Positions 1-9,070 of a stretch of 64,000 bases of DNA are shown here, one piece after another; the first letter of the stretch is position 1; every line of letters starts with the position of its first letter. The notes beneath the pieces were generated by a model. It saw only the letters and a list, made by a program, of their open reading frames with translations, searched no databases and was not told where the DNA came from. The DNA comes from Deltaproteobacteria bacterium (lineage in GTDB: Bacteria; Myxococcota_A; Polyangia; Polyangiales; Houyiibacteriaceae), in NCBI GenBank assembly GCA_034670305.1, contig JAXMNT010000026.1, positions 1 through 64,000 on the forward strand, read 5' to 3'. A program made the position numbers and the translations under genes.

Positions 1-77
1 GCCCGGCGGCTTCGTCCGCTGGGCATCGCGCTCCGATTCGCGCCTCGCCGTCGCGAAACACACGGCGTCCACGACGC

Positions 78-110
78 GGGCAAGGGCACGGGCAAGGGCA
101 ACGGCAAGGG
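78..110. repeat. short hexamer tandem array (GGGCAA/GGGCAC)x5
   Basis: gggcaa gggcac gggcaa gggcaa cggcaa read directly; lies just downstream of the minus-strand epimerase stop. Confidence 0.75.
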
Positions 111-134
111 AGCAGGTCGCTTTTCAGGGACCTG

Positions 135-1082
135 CTAGCGCCCACTCTCGGCGAACCAGGCCGCGGTGCGGGCGGTTCCGTCTTCAAGGGAGACCAAGTC
201 GCCGAGCGCGGGGGTCGGTTCGAGAACGGAACGCTGCAAGTCGCCGGGGCGCCGTCCAGCCGCATCGATCTGGGCCTCGACCTTCAACGCGCGCACGAGT
301 CCGTCGGCGATCGCACGGGTGGTGGTGGGCACGCCGGTCGCGACGTTCACGGTGCCTTCGAGCGTCCCCTGAAGCGCGAGGAGGTTGGCCCGAACGACGT
401 CCTCGACGAACACGTAGTCGCGCACACAGCCGTCGTCGCCCGGCTCGGCCATCGCGTTGATGTGGATGCCCGAGCCGGCGATCAACCGCTTCGCGAAGAT
501 CGCGACCACGCCCGCTTCGCCGTGCGGGTCTTGCCGCGGCCCGTACACGTTGGCGTACCGAAGCACGACCGACGAGAGCCCGTGTTCGCTGCGGTAGAAG
601 TCGAGGTAGCGTTCGACCGCGTACTTGGCGCACGCGTAGGGACTCAGTGGCCTGGCCGGCCACTCGGGCGTTGCCCGCTGTCCCGCCGGAACTTCGCCGT
701 AGATGGCGCCGCCGGTGCTGGCGAACACGACTTTGCCGACGTTCTCCGCCACGCAGGCTTCGAACACGTTCAAGCTGCCCAGCACGTTCGCTTCCGCGTC
801 GCCGAGTGGGTCGCGCACGCTCGCCGAAACACTCGTCTGCGCGCCCTGATGAAACACGACCGTGGGCTTCAGGTCGCGCACCATGGCGCGCACGCCGGCG
901 GCGTCGCGAAGATCCAACGCCCGAAAGGTCTGCACCCCCGAGGGCACGTTCTCGCGGTGCCCCGAGCTGAGATCGTCGAGGACCAAGACCTCGTGCCCGG
1001 CGTCGAGCAGCGCGTCGCAGAGATGGCTTCCGATGAACCCCGCGCCCCCGGTGACGAGCGCGCGGTGAATCGTCGCCGTCAC
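135..1082 (-). CDS. galE: NAD-dependent epimerase/dehydratase (UDP-glucose 4-epimerase-like extended SDR)
   Basis: TGGAGFIG Rossmann motif, YACAK (YxxxK), LRYANVYGPRQ, RDYVFVEDV; GTG start overlaps the nadA stop. Confidence 0.85.
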   Translation of the reverse strand: MTATIHRALVTGGAGFIGSHLCDALLDAGHEVLVLDDLSSGHRENVPSGVQTFRALDLRDAAGVRAMVRDLKPTVVFHQGAQTSVSASVRDPLGDAEANVLGSLNVFEACVAENVGKVVFASTGGAIYGEVPAGQRATPEWPARPLSPYACAKYAVERYLDFYRSEHGLSSVVLRYANVYGPRQDPHGEAGVVAIFAKRLIAGSGIHINAMAEPGDDGCVRDYVFVEDVVRANLLALQGTLEGTVNVATGVPTTTRAIADGLVRALKVEAQIDAAGRRPGDLQRSVLEPTPALGDLVSLEDGTARTAAWFAESGR

Positions 1083-2509
1083 GCGGACGCTCGGGTGAGC
1101 ACGTCTTCGACCAGGGCGGGGGCCATGTGTCCGGAGGTCTGGAAGTGCTTCATGTGCAGGATGGGTTCTGAGCCGAGGTCGGCCGCGGTGCGGCCACCGA
1201 TCATCTCGACGTACTGCTTCGGGTAGAAGGGCGCGAGCGTCTCGGGCGTGAGCGAACCGATCTTGCGACAGAGGTCGAGCAGCGCGTCGAGTGAGTTCAT
1301 CTTCATGTACGGGCAGGTCGCGCAGCCACCCGCGGTGGTGCAGCCCTCGCCGGCCGCCACGCCCGGAACGACCGGCAAGTCGCCCTCCCCGGTCGTCGCG
1401 ATCGCGCCGCTCGCGACCGGAAAGATCACCTCGACCTCGACCGGCGACTTCGCGGCCGCGAGCATGGCCTGCACCTTGCGCACGATCGGCGTGATCATGC
1501 CGGCTTCGGTGCCGAGCACGAACGGCAGCGTGGCCTTCTCGCCGCGGTCCACCGCTTCGCGGACCCGGTCGAGAATGAAGCCGAGAATGTTCGACGTGGA
1601 TCCCACCACGCCGCGCTTCGCGCGCTGCTTCTCGAGCGCCAACGCGAACATCTCACCGGGCACTTCGAGGTGGGCGGTGACGAACGCATCCGCGTGGTCT
1701 TCACGGACCTGGCGGGTGACGTCGGCGCCGAACATGTGGTGCACCACGCAGTTGCCCTGCTCGAACACGTGGAACCGTTTCAGGAGCGCAGCGACCGACG
1801 CGGCGTCGTGCTTCGGATGCACCGCGCGCACTTCGTCGTCGCTCATCTTCGCCATCACTTCGAAGAGCGCGACCAGGTTGTGGCCCATGTAGGTGTCCGG
1901 CCCGAAGAAGATCTCGACGTCGTCGATCTCGGCCGCCGCCTGCAAACACGTCTGCACCACGTTGCTCGAGGTGCAGGTGATTGTCGGGACCCGCGCGTGG
2001 GACTTGGCCTTCGTGACGAGGCTCGTGTTGATGTAGACGACGTGGATCGCGTGGGGCGTCTTGGCGGCTTCGGCGAGGTACGCCCCGTAGGCCTGCGCTT
2101 CGGCGGACTCGGCGAGCGAGCAGCCGATCGGATCCTCGGCCACGCGGTAGACGGGCACCTTCGAGTGGCCGGCGTCGTCGAGCATCGCGCGCGCGTTCTC
2201 GCTCATGAAGTCGACACCGAGCACGACGATGTGTTCACAGCCCGCTTCCACCATCTCGATGCCGCGCGCCGCCATGAGCAGCGAATCGGAGACACCGATG
2301 TGTTCCCAGGAGCAGGCGCTGAGCACGCCCTGCAGCTCCGGGTCCATGTAGAAGTGCGCGACGACGCCGATCTTCTTCTCGCGGAGCAACGCGTCGAGTT
2401 CCTCGGTGAGCTTCGGGGAAGGCGAGAGGTACATCGCCTGCGCTTCCGCGAAGCTTCCTTCGGGGACGAGTGCGTCGGCGGTGATGCGGAGAACGGGAAA
2501 TCGGCTCAT
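1079..2509 (-). CDS. nadA: quinolinate synthase A (plant-type NadA)
   Basis: VVAHFYMDPE, GVDFMSE, GCSLA, VYINTS, CTSSN, GPDTYMG, CVVH, AHLEVP, GSTS, GTE, CPYMKMNSL; the three 4Fe-4S Cys motifs are present. Confidence 0.92.
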   Translation of the reverse strand: MSRFPVLRITADALVPEGSFAEAQAMYLSPSPKLTEELDALLREKKIGVVAHFYMDPELQGVLSACSWEHIGVSDSLLMAARGIEMVEAGCEHIVVLGVDFMSENARAMLDDAGHSKVPVYRVAEDPIGCSLAESAEAQAYGAYLAEAAKTPHAIHVVYINTSLVTKAKSHARVPTITCTSSNVVQTCLQAAAEIDDVEIFFGPDTYMGHNLVALFEVMAKMSDDEVRAVHPKHDAASVAALLKRFHVFEQGNCVVHHMFGADVTRQVREDHADAFVTAHLEVPGEMFALALEKQRAKRGVVGSTSNILGFILDRVREAVDRGEKATLPFVLGTEAGMITPIVRKVQAMLAAAKSPVEVEVIFPVASGAIATTGEGDLPVVPGVAAGEGCTTAGGCATCPYMKMNSLDALLDLCRKIGSLTPETLAPFYPKQYVEMIGGRTAADLGSEPILHMKHFQTSGHMAPALVEDVLTRASA

Positions 2510-2577
2510 GCGGCGGACTATAGGACGCGCCGCCGCCGATGGCAGCCCTCGCCATGTCGCCCGCGCCTACCGACCTC

Positions 2578-3321
2578 TCAACGCCCGAAGCGCGGCTCGG
2601 CGCCTTCGAGGCCGAAGCCGAGCAGTTGGAGCGTGTGCCCGCCGGCGCTGCCTTCGAACCGCACCATGCCGCTGATCGGAACCGCGGAATGAAGCCAGAC
2701 GTTGGCCGTGACCTGTTCCTGGCCGAACGTGAGCTCGCGCTCCGCCTTGAAGGCGCCGTGGAAGACGCCCGCCGGAACGGTGACGTCCTCGCGTTCTCCG
2801 ACGAGCTCCGCCGGGAAGAGCATGCCCAGCCACTGCTGCAGGAGCGGCTGGTACGTGGGCAGCAAGCGAGCGGGGATCTCTTCGATCTCCCCGCGGTTCT
2901 CGAAGCTGAGCTGGAGCACCCGGTGGGCGTCCGCCGTCGCGCCAGGACGCACGAGCATCTTCACCTGGCGGGTGCGTTCGCGCCGCACGTCGGTGACCTC
3001 GACCCAGAACGCTCCGTCCTCGCGGTCGACGATCCGGTACTCGACGGTGGAGCGGCCGCCTTCGCGCCAGTCGGCCCCGTAGCGGATCCACTGTCCGATC
3101 GCGGGTGCGATCGGCGCGACCCCTTCGGCGGGCGCGTCGTGTTCGGTCGGCTCCGCGACCTCCGCGGGCGGGTCGTCTTCTCGGGGTGCCGGGGGGCCGG
3201 CTTTCGTGGGCCGCTCGACCGAGTCGAGTGTCTCGACCGGTTCGGTCTCGGTCGCGCCGTTCGAACCGCAACCGACCGACAATCCAACCGAAGCAGCGAC
3301 CAGCGCGAGGAGCATCCGCAT
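2578..3321 (-). CDS. hypothetical lipoprotein
   Basis: start moved to MRMLLALVAASVGLSVGC (lipobox); Pro/Glu linker followed by a beta-rich domain (VTVPAGVF). Confidence 0.65.
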   Translation of the reverse strand: MRMLLALVAASVGLSVGCGSNGATETEPVETLDSVERPTKAGPPAPREDDPPAEVAEPTEHDAPAEGVAPIAPAIGQWIRYGADWREGGRSTVEYRIVDREDGAFWVEVTDVRRERTRQVKMLVRPGATADAHRVLQLSFENRGEIEEIPARLLPTYQPLLQQWLGMLFPAELVGEREDVTVPAGVFHGAFKAERELTFGQEQVTANVWLHSAVPISGMVRFEGSAGGHTLQLLGFGLEGAEPRFGR

Positions 3322-3440
3322 GGCCTCACCCTGACAGGAGTGATGCACCCGCGCCACGAAACGCCGGGATGGGCAGCCGCCGGTGCGCCTCACGCCGAGG
3401 GGTGGATCCCCTCGGGGCCGGGGCGTGCTACAAGCCGCGC

Positions 3441-3935
3441 ATGGCGAACATCACGTTTAAGGGCACCGAGATCCAGACCAGTGGCGCGCTCCCCGCGAAG
3501 GGGACCGCCGCACCCGCGTTCACGCTCGTGGACAAGGGGCTTGCGGAGAAGACGCTGGCGGACTTCGCGGGCAAGAAGAAGATCCTCACCATCAACCCGA
3601 GCTACGACACGGGCGTCTGCATGGCGACGGCACGCGCGTTCAACGCGAAGGCCGGTGAGACGGGCGCGGTCGTCTTGATGATCAGCGCCGACCTCCCCTT
3701 CGCGCAGAAGCGGTTCTGCGAAGCCGAGGGGCTCGAGCACGTCGTGCCGCTCTCGACCTTCCGCTCGACCTTCGTGAAAGACTACGGGCTGGAAATGCTC
3801 GGTGGCCCGCTCAAGGGTCTGAGCGCCCGCGCGGTGCTCGTACTCGACGAGAAGGACCAGGTCGTGCACGCGGAGCTCGTGCCCGAGATCGTGCAAGAGC
3901 CGGACTACGACGCCGTGCTCGCCGCCGCGAAGTAG
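3441..3935 (+). CDS. tpx: thiol peroxidase (atypical 2-Cys peroxiredoxin)
   Basis: MANITFKG start, PSYDTGVC, SADLPFAQKRFC, RAVLVLDE, EPDYDAVL. Confidence 0.93.
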   Translation: MANITFKGTEIQTSGALPAKGTAAPAFTLVDKGLAEKTLADFAGKKKILTINPSYDTGVCMATARAFNAKAGETGAVVLMISADLPFAQKRFCEAEGLEHVVPLSTFRSTFVKDYGLEMLGGPLKGLSARAVLVLDEKDQVVHAELVPEIVQEPDYDAVLAAAK

Positions 3936-3937
3936 CG

Positions 3938-4942
3938 TTGGCCGCCAAAGCGCTCGTTCGGGATCTGGCCGCGGGCGCACTGCAGCTCGTGGGCGGCAGC
4001 GCGCCAGGCCGACGTGCGGCCGGACGGCTGACCATCGCGACGTTTCACCGGGTGCTGCCAGAAGCCCTGCGCGCGCGTTATCCATTGCCTGGACTCTGCG
4101 TGACGCCCGAGGAGCTCGACTGGTTCCTGGGGTTCTTCCAGCAGCGGTTCGAGGTGATGCCGCTCGCAAAAGCGTGGCGGCTCTACCAAGCCGGGACGCC
4201 CACCGAGCGTCCACTCTTGGCGCTGACGTTCGACGACGGGGAGCGAGACAACGTCGAGTTCGCGTGGCCCGTGATGCGGCGCCACGGGGTGCGGGGGTCG
4301 TTCTATCTGGCGACCGACCACACGGGCAGTGGCGCACCGATCTGGCACGACCAGATCGGGTTCGCGCTCTTGCGTGCGATCGAACAGGGCAAAGCGCGCG
4401 AGGCAGGCGCCCTCCTCGGTCGGCAGCTCGACGCAAGCTCCGTCGCCGCGTGCATCGAAGCCACGAAGTCGCTCACGCCAACGGAACGCTCGGAACAGGT
4501 CGCGCGGCTGAGCGACCTGACCACGGGCGAAGTGCCGGGGTGGGCCGCGCTCATGACCTGGTCCGACGCGCGGGTGCTGCAGCGTGCGGGCAACGAGATC
4601 GGCTCGCACTCGCTCTCCCATCCGCTGCTGCCCCAGTGCGACGACGGTTGGCTCGAGCGAGAGCTCCAGGAGTCCAAGGCGCGCATCGAGTCCGAGCTCG
4701 GCGCGCCGGTCGAGACCTTCTGCTACCCGAACGGCGACGCGGACGAACGGGTCGCGCGGGCCGCCGAGCGGGCGGGGTACGCCTGCGCCGTCACCACCAC
4801 CTGGGGCATGAACGACGACTCGGTCGACCCGTTCCTGCTCCGGCGCTGCGACATCAACGCCGAACACGTGGTCGACCGGACGGGTCAGCTGTCGAGTGCG
4901 AGGTTGCAGCTGAGGTTGAGCGGGCTGCAGCCGGGACTCTGA
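3938..4942 (+). CDS. polysaccharide deacetylase (CE4/NodB family)
   Basis: TFHRV, LTFDDG, GSHSLSHP, FCYPNG; TTG start 2 nt after the tpx stop. Confidence 0.85.
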   Translation: MAAKALVRDLAAGALQLVGGSAPGRRAAGRLTIATFHRVLPEALRARYPLPGLCVTPEELDWFLGFFQQRFEVMPLAKAWRLYQAGTPTERPLLALTFDDGERDNVEFAWPVMRRHGVRGSFYLATDHTGSGAPIWHDQIGFALLRAIEQGKAREAGALLGRQLDASSVAACIEATKSLTPTERSEQVARLSDLTTGEVPGWAALMTWSDARVLQRAGNEIGSHSLSHPLLPQCDDGWLERELQESKARIESELGAPVETFCYPNGDADERVARAAERAGYACAVTTTWGMNDDSVDPFLLRRCDINAEHVVDRTGQLSSARLQLRLSGLQPGL

Positions 4943-4948
4943 GGGGTC

Positions 4949-5020
4949 GCCGAGGCCGAAGCCGACGCCTCCGAAGCCGACTCCGAAGCCGACGCCGACT
5001 CCGAAGCCGAAGCCGACTCC
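4949..5020. repeat. hexamer tandem array (GCCGAA/GCCGAC/TCCGAA)
   Basis: fills the gap between two convergent stop codons (4942 and 5027). Confidence 0.85.
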
Positions 5021-5026
5021 CGTGGC

Positions 5027-6622
5027 TCAGCTCATCATGCAGCTGCCGGCGAAGAACGCTGGGGGGACTGGGGTCACGGTGCACTGGGTGCGGGTGTTGT
5101 CCTGCACGTCCATCAACAGATCGAAGTCTGCGGAGATGTCCTCGCTCGGGAACTCAGCCAGCCAGCTCTCGACGGTGGGCGCCACCATGTCGATGAGGCC
5201 GAGCGCGCGGGCGCAGTCGCCGTCGTCGTAGAAGGTCGTGGTGGCCCGGAGCGCCAGGTACATGTTCAGCATCATGAAGACGTTTGCGTGCGCCGGATCG
5301 GAGAGCACCGGCCACATCATTCCGTCGGGCCGCGGCGCGGGGTTCTGACCTGGAGCGAGCTCGTTGTAGACGGTCTCTTCGGTCTCGACGCGGCGGCCGT
5401 CCGGCGCGAGCCAGCTCGCGCGAAGAACGAACGCGGGCGCGCTGGCGCCGATGTCGGTGCCGTCCTGCGCGATGAACTCGACGAAGAGTCCGCCGCCACC
5501 GCCTCGGCGACCGCCTTCGGCGCTGGTGCCTTCGCGGTGTCCGAGAAAGAGCGCGGGCGACGAGAGCTCGGCCCGTTCGCCGGTCGCCGACGCACGCCGC
5601 GCGCCGTAGATGCGACCGACCTCGTAGCCGGGCGCGGCCTCGACCTCCATGCGGAAGTCGGTCGCGAGCGGGAAGAGGCTGAGGCCGGCTTCGCTGACAA
5701 GGATGTCGTGCAGGTCGCCGCTGTCCTCCGCGAACGCGAGCGTGCCGGCGCCGAGCTCGCCGATCTTCCCGACCACTTCGGCTTCGTAGGAGTCGCCCGC
5801 GCCGATGACACTGAACGCGGTGCCCTCGCGGACGAGGGATTCTGCGCGGGCCACGATCCGGTCTCGGTCTGTGATGCCGGTCTCGGCGCGGCCCGTGGTC
5901 ACGAGCAGCATGCGGGTGGCACCGGTGAACCCTGAGGTGTCGCGAAGTTCAGTCGCGGTCGCGAGCGCATCGAAGAGCGCCGGCGCGTCGCCATACGTCT
6001 CGAACGCTCTGTCGCGCACCGCCTCGGTCAGCAGCGGTGAGTCCGGGGGCGCGTTGTGGATCAGCACGTCGGTCCGCGCCCCGTAGTAGACCAGTGAGAT
6101 CCGGTCCTCGGGTTGCAGGTCCGCCGCCATCTCGAGGATGCCGGCGTCGATGCCGCCCGTGTAGGCGCGCAGGGCGAGCGTCCGCTCCACGACGACGACG
6201 ACGTGCAGCGGAGGTCGTTCGAAGGTCTCGGGTCGGACTGGGCTGTTGAGTCCGACGAAGCCCATCGTCCAGTTGCTCCCGTCGAATCGAGGCGCGACCG
6301 CGAGCATGGGATGCAGGCAGACGTCTTCACCACACGTGGCGTCCGGCAGATCGACCGCGTGTTCCGCGAAGAAGCCGACCGGGTCCAGCGTGGCCGGATC
6401 CGGCACGTCGCCCTCCGCGACGATGCTCCGGAAACGCGCGATGTCCTGCGCCCCGCCCTGGGTGATGTGATGCGAACCGGTCGGGCCGGTCGAAACGCTG
6501 CCCTCGTCCCCGCACCCGAGCGCCAGCATGGCGCCTGCCATCACCACGCATTGCATCCAGCGCGAACCACGTCCGCGCCCATTCGTCTCATCACTGCAAG
6601 TCATCGATCGCCTCCAAGTCAT
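5027..6622 (-). CDS. vWA-domain lipoprotein (YfbK-like, degenerate MIDAS)
   Basis: lipobox LALGC; RPPLHVVVVVE, DRISLVYY, LLVTTG and SVIGAG follow the vWA strand pattern; ATGA overlap with the upstream gene. Confidence 0.7.
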   Translation of the reverse strand: MTWRRSMTCSDETNGRGRGSRWMQCVVMAGAMLALGCGDEGSVSTGPTGSHHITQGGAQDIARFRSIVAEGDVPDPATLDPVGFFAEHAVDLPDATCGEDVCLHPMLAVAPRFDGSNWTMGFVGLNSPVRPETFERPPLHVVVVVERTLALRAYTGGIDAGILEMAADLQPEDRISLVYYGARTDVLIHNAPPDSPLLTEAVRDRAFETYGDAPALFDALATATELRDTSGFTGATRMLLVTTGRAETGITDRDRIVARAESLVREGTAFSVIGAGDSYEAEVVGKIGELGAGTLAFAEDSGDLHDILVSEAGLSLFPLATDFRMEVEAAPGYEVGRIYGARRASATGERAELSSPALFLGHREGTSAEGGRRGGGGGLFVEFIAQDGTDIGASAPAFVLRASWLAPDGRRVETEETVYNELAPGQNPAPRPDGMMWPVLSDPAHANVFMMLNMYLALRATTTFYDDGDCARALGLIDMVAPTVESWLAEFPSEDISADFDLLMDVQDNTRTQCTVTPVPPAFFAGSCMMS

Positions 6623-8148
6623 TCCATCACCCCGTCGTCCAAGTTCATCTCCGTCAACACCAGGTACTCACCGCGCACGCCGAGGGTCCGGCGCACGGGG
6701 TCGCAGTCGTCCGTCGTCACCAGCACCCGCTCGTACCGACCGAGCATCACCGTCTGCTGGGCGCCCATGCGCGGTTCGGGCACGACAGCGCTCTGGCCGG
6801 GCGCAAGCCACTCTTCGCCTACCCGAGCGTACAGGGGCTCGACGAACGCACCGCATGCCAGTCGCTGCGCGTTGCAGTCACTCTCCGTCACCTCTTCACC
6901 GGACGAGGCGAAGCGCGGAGGCGCGGGACCGAACTCGTCCCCGACGCGGCGAACATCCAAGTGCCACTGCGCATTCTCGACCGTGAGGACGTTGGGGCTG
7001 GACACGAGGCCGACGACATCGCCCGCCTCGAACGGGAACGCCCACGCCGGCACGCCGCACAGGTGAAGCGTGTTCGGTCCGTAGAGGTACGCCAGGTCGA
7101 CCCGCAAGCAGCCATCCGCCGCCCGCTCGACCCGCTCGATGGTGGGGTCGTCCGCCACCCAGCTCGGGCCACTCCACTGAATGCCTTCGTCGTCGTCGAG
7201 ACAGGGTGCGTCGACCCGGTCGAGGAGGTGCGCCATCTCCAGCGCCGAGACAGAGTGGGCGGTCGCCAGCAAACGACCGTCCGGGCCGCGTCCAATCTCG
7301 ACCGACTCGGGCTCCGGCGTGTCTCCCCGAGCCACGAACTCCGGCCGGTCGATGACGCCCGAGGTCCAGACGACGACGCGCGAGTCGAGTCCGTCCGCGT
7401 CGAGGAGGACCGCTTCGCAGATCCCGGACGCGCCCGCGAAGAGGGCGCTGCCGGGTCGATCAAGCGGCAGGACCTGACCAGGCTCGAGTTCGTACGTGCG
7501 GCCCTCGCCAAAGAGATCCCGCGAGAGGGCCTGGTCGATGCGTCCGCGGATGGACGGGCAGTCCACGCGCGAGGGCTGCAGGTAGCGCACCCGCAACGTG
7601 AGCCGCTCACCCGTCATGTTCACCGCGACCGCGCTGCCGAGGAACTGGGTGGGCGCGCTGGTTGCCACGCAGGCGAGCGCCGCCAGCACCAATGCGGTGC
7701 GCTCGCAGACTCGAACGAGGGCGGTACGTTCGACCGCGCCATCGCTGGCGACGCCGACCCGCCACGCCAAAGGCACCATCGCGAGCGCGACCAGATCGGT
7801 CGGGTCCGACCACACCCGCCAGCCGGCGAACGCCATGAGTGACTCGGCGGCGTGCGCTGCGCCGGTGGAGAGGTTGATCGCGACGAAAGGTGTGAGTGCG
7901 AGTGTGAATGCCGCCGCGCGCTGACCTCGGGTTCGAACCCGAAGCACGGCGCACACCAAAAGCGTCGCGACGATCACCCCGGCGAAGTCACTGACCTTGC
8001 CGGTCAACCAGCCGGGCAGCAGACCCGCGTACTTGAGCAGGTGGTCGTTGAGCACGAGGACGAGCAGCGCGCCGAGAAACGTGCGGCTCGTGAGCGCCGA
8101 AAAGGGAGTTGCCGTGAGTCGCTGATCGAGCCGTGAGGTGTGTTCCAC
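6619..8148 (-). CDS. membrane protein with N-terminal LNDH..K..GK.SD multi-TM module and Cys-rich extracytoplasmic domain
   Basis: LLVLVLNDHLLK...GWLTGKVSDFAG, DPTDLVAL, LAALACVATS; GTG at 8148 chosen as start. Confidence 0.65.
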   Translation of the reverse strand: MEHTSRLDQRLTATPFSALTSRTFLGALLVLVLNDHLLKYAGLLPGWLTGKVSDFAGVIVATLLVCAVLRVRTRGQRAAAFTLALTPFVAINLSTGAAHAAESLMAFAGWRVWSDPTDLVALAMVPLAWRVGVASDGAVERTALVRVCERTALVLAALACVATSAPTQFLGSAVAVNMTGERLTLRVRYLQPSRVDCPSIRGRIDQALSRDLFGEGRTYELEPGQVLPLDRPGSALFAGASGICEAVLLDADGLDSRVVVWTSGVIDRPEFVARGDTPEPESVEIGRGPDGRLLATAHSVSALEMAHLLDRVDAPCLDDDEGIQWSGPSWVADDPTIERVERAADGCLRVDLAYLYGPNTLHLCGVPAWAFPFEAGDVVGLVSSPNVLTVENAQWHLDVRRVGDEFGPAPPRFASSGEEVTESDCNAQRLACGAFVEPLYARVGEEWLAPGQSAVVPEPRMGAQQTVMLGRYERVLVTTDDCDPVRRTLGVRGEYLVLTEMNLDDGVME

Positions 8149-8159
8149 ACGACCCCACG

Positions 8160-8177
8160 TTGCAGCCGCCGTACCAA
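8160..8177 (-). promoter_or_regulatory. putative sigma54 (-24/-12) promoter
   Basis: minus strand TTGGTACG-GCGG-CTGCAA, GG-N10-GC spacing, about 12 nt upstream of GTG 8148. Confidence 0.45.
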
Positions 8178-8392
8178 GCACGGTTTGGCGCGCCGTTGTC
8201 GATGCCGCAGGTCGCGGCGGACACTTCAGGAGACCGCCGCGACCATGGGACCTCGGACACGGATGGCGGCCTGTGGCCGTGGTGTGCCAGAGCCCGTGGC
8301 ACACCCTGCAGGCGGCTGGCTGCGAGCAGGGCTGCCAAGACGCGAATCGAGACGCGGGACGAAGTCCGACCCGGCGTACGGTGTCCGAACGC

Positions 8393-9070
8393 CTACTTCC
8401 AGCTGCGCCAGCTGAGCATCAAGGACGCGAAACACATCACGGCGAGCAGCCCGACGATCGGCCAGCGCCGGCTCTCTTGGGTCGACACCCACGACTCGAG
8501 TTCGGCACGCTCGCCTGGGTAGACCTGGCTCAGCGTTCCGTCGTCCGCGCGGCGTGCGACGACGGGATCCCCAGGGCGAAACGCGGTGACGAGGACCTGA
8601 TAGGGCGGCGCCCCGAGCCGGCTCGCGACGTCGTCCGCTTCGCTGATGACGGCCAGCCCTTCGACGGACTCGACCTGCCGATGGTCGGGCTGCACCGGGC
8701 CCTTCCACTCGCGTGCGGAAGGCAGCACGACCTCGACTTCCCCGTCGGCGGTCAAGACCCGCTGACGGGCTTCGCCGACCGGCATCGACCAACTGTGATC
8801 GACCGCGCCCGAGCCAGGTTGGGTGAGGCGGACCTCTCCGAAGAGCACCGGATCACCGGCCGGGACCTCGACGAGCTCCGACGCGACCAAGGTGCCTTCG
8901 ATGGCGCCGCTGCCGGTCGGCACACGGGCGCCGGTGCCGTTCACGGTGATGTCGTACGCGACGCCTCCGAAGCCCACGCCGGTGATGCCGGCGAAGATCG
9001 CGAACAGCTTCTTGAAGCCGGCTTTGGCGGGCGACGACGACACTGGACGGGTGGTGGGACTCGTGGACAT
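8393..9070 (-). CDS. hypothetical membrane protein (2 TM)
   Basis: N- and C-terminal hydrophobic helices; start overlaps the ruvB stop by 1 nt. Confidence 0.6.
   Translation of the reverse strand: MSTSPTTRPVSSSPAKAGFKKLFAIFAGITGVGFGGVAYDITVNGTGARVPTGSGAIEGTLVASELVEVPAGDPVLFGEVRLTQPGSGAVDHSWSMPVGEARQRVLTADGEVEVVLPSAREWKGPVQPDHRQVESVEGLAVISEADDVASRLGAPPYQVLVTAFRPGDPVVARRADDGTLSQVYPGERAELESWVSTQESRRWPIVGLLAVMCFASLMLSWRSWK

Noticed and set aside
8296-8311. TGGCAC...TGCA as a plus-strand sigma54 site
   Set aside because: GG-to-GC spacing is 8 nt rather than 10 and no plus-strand gene follows
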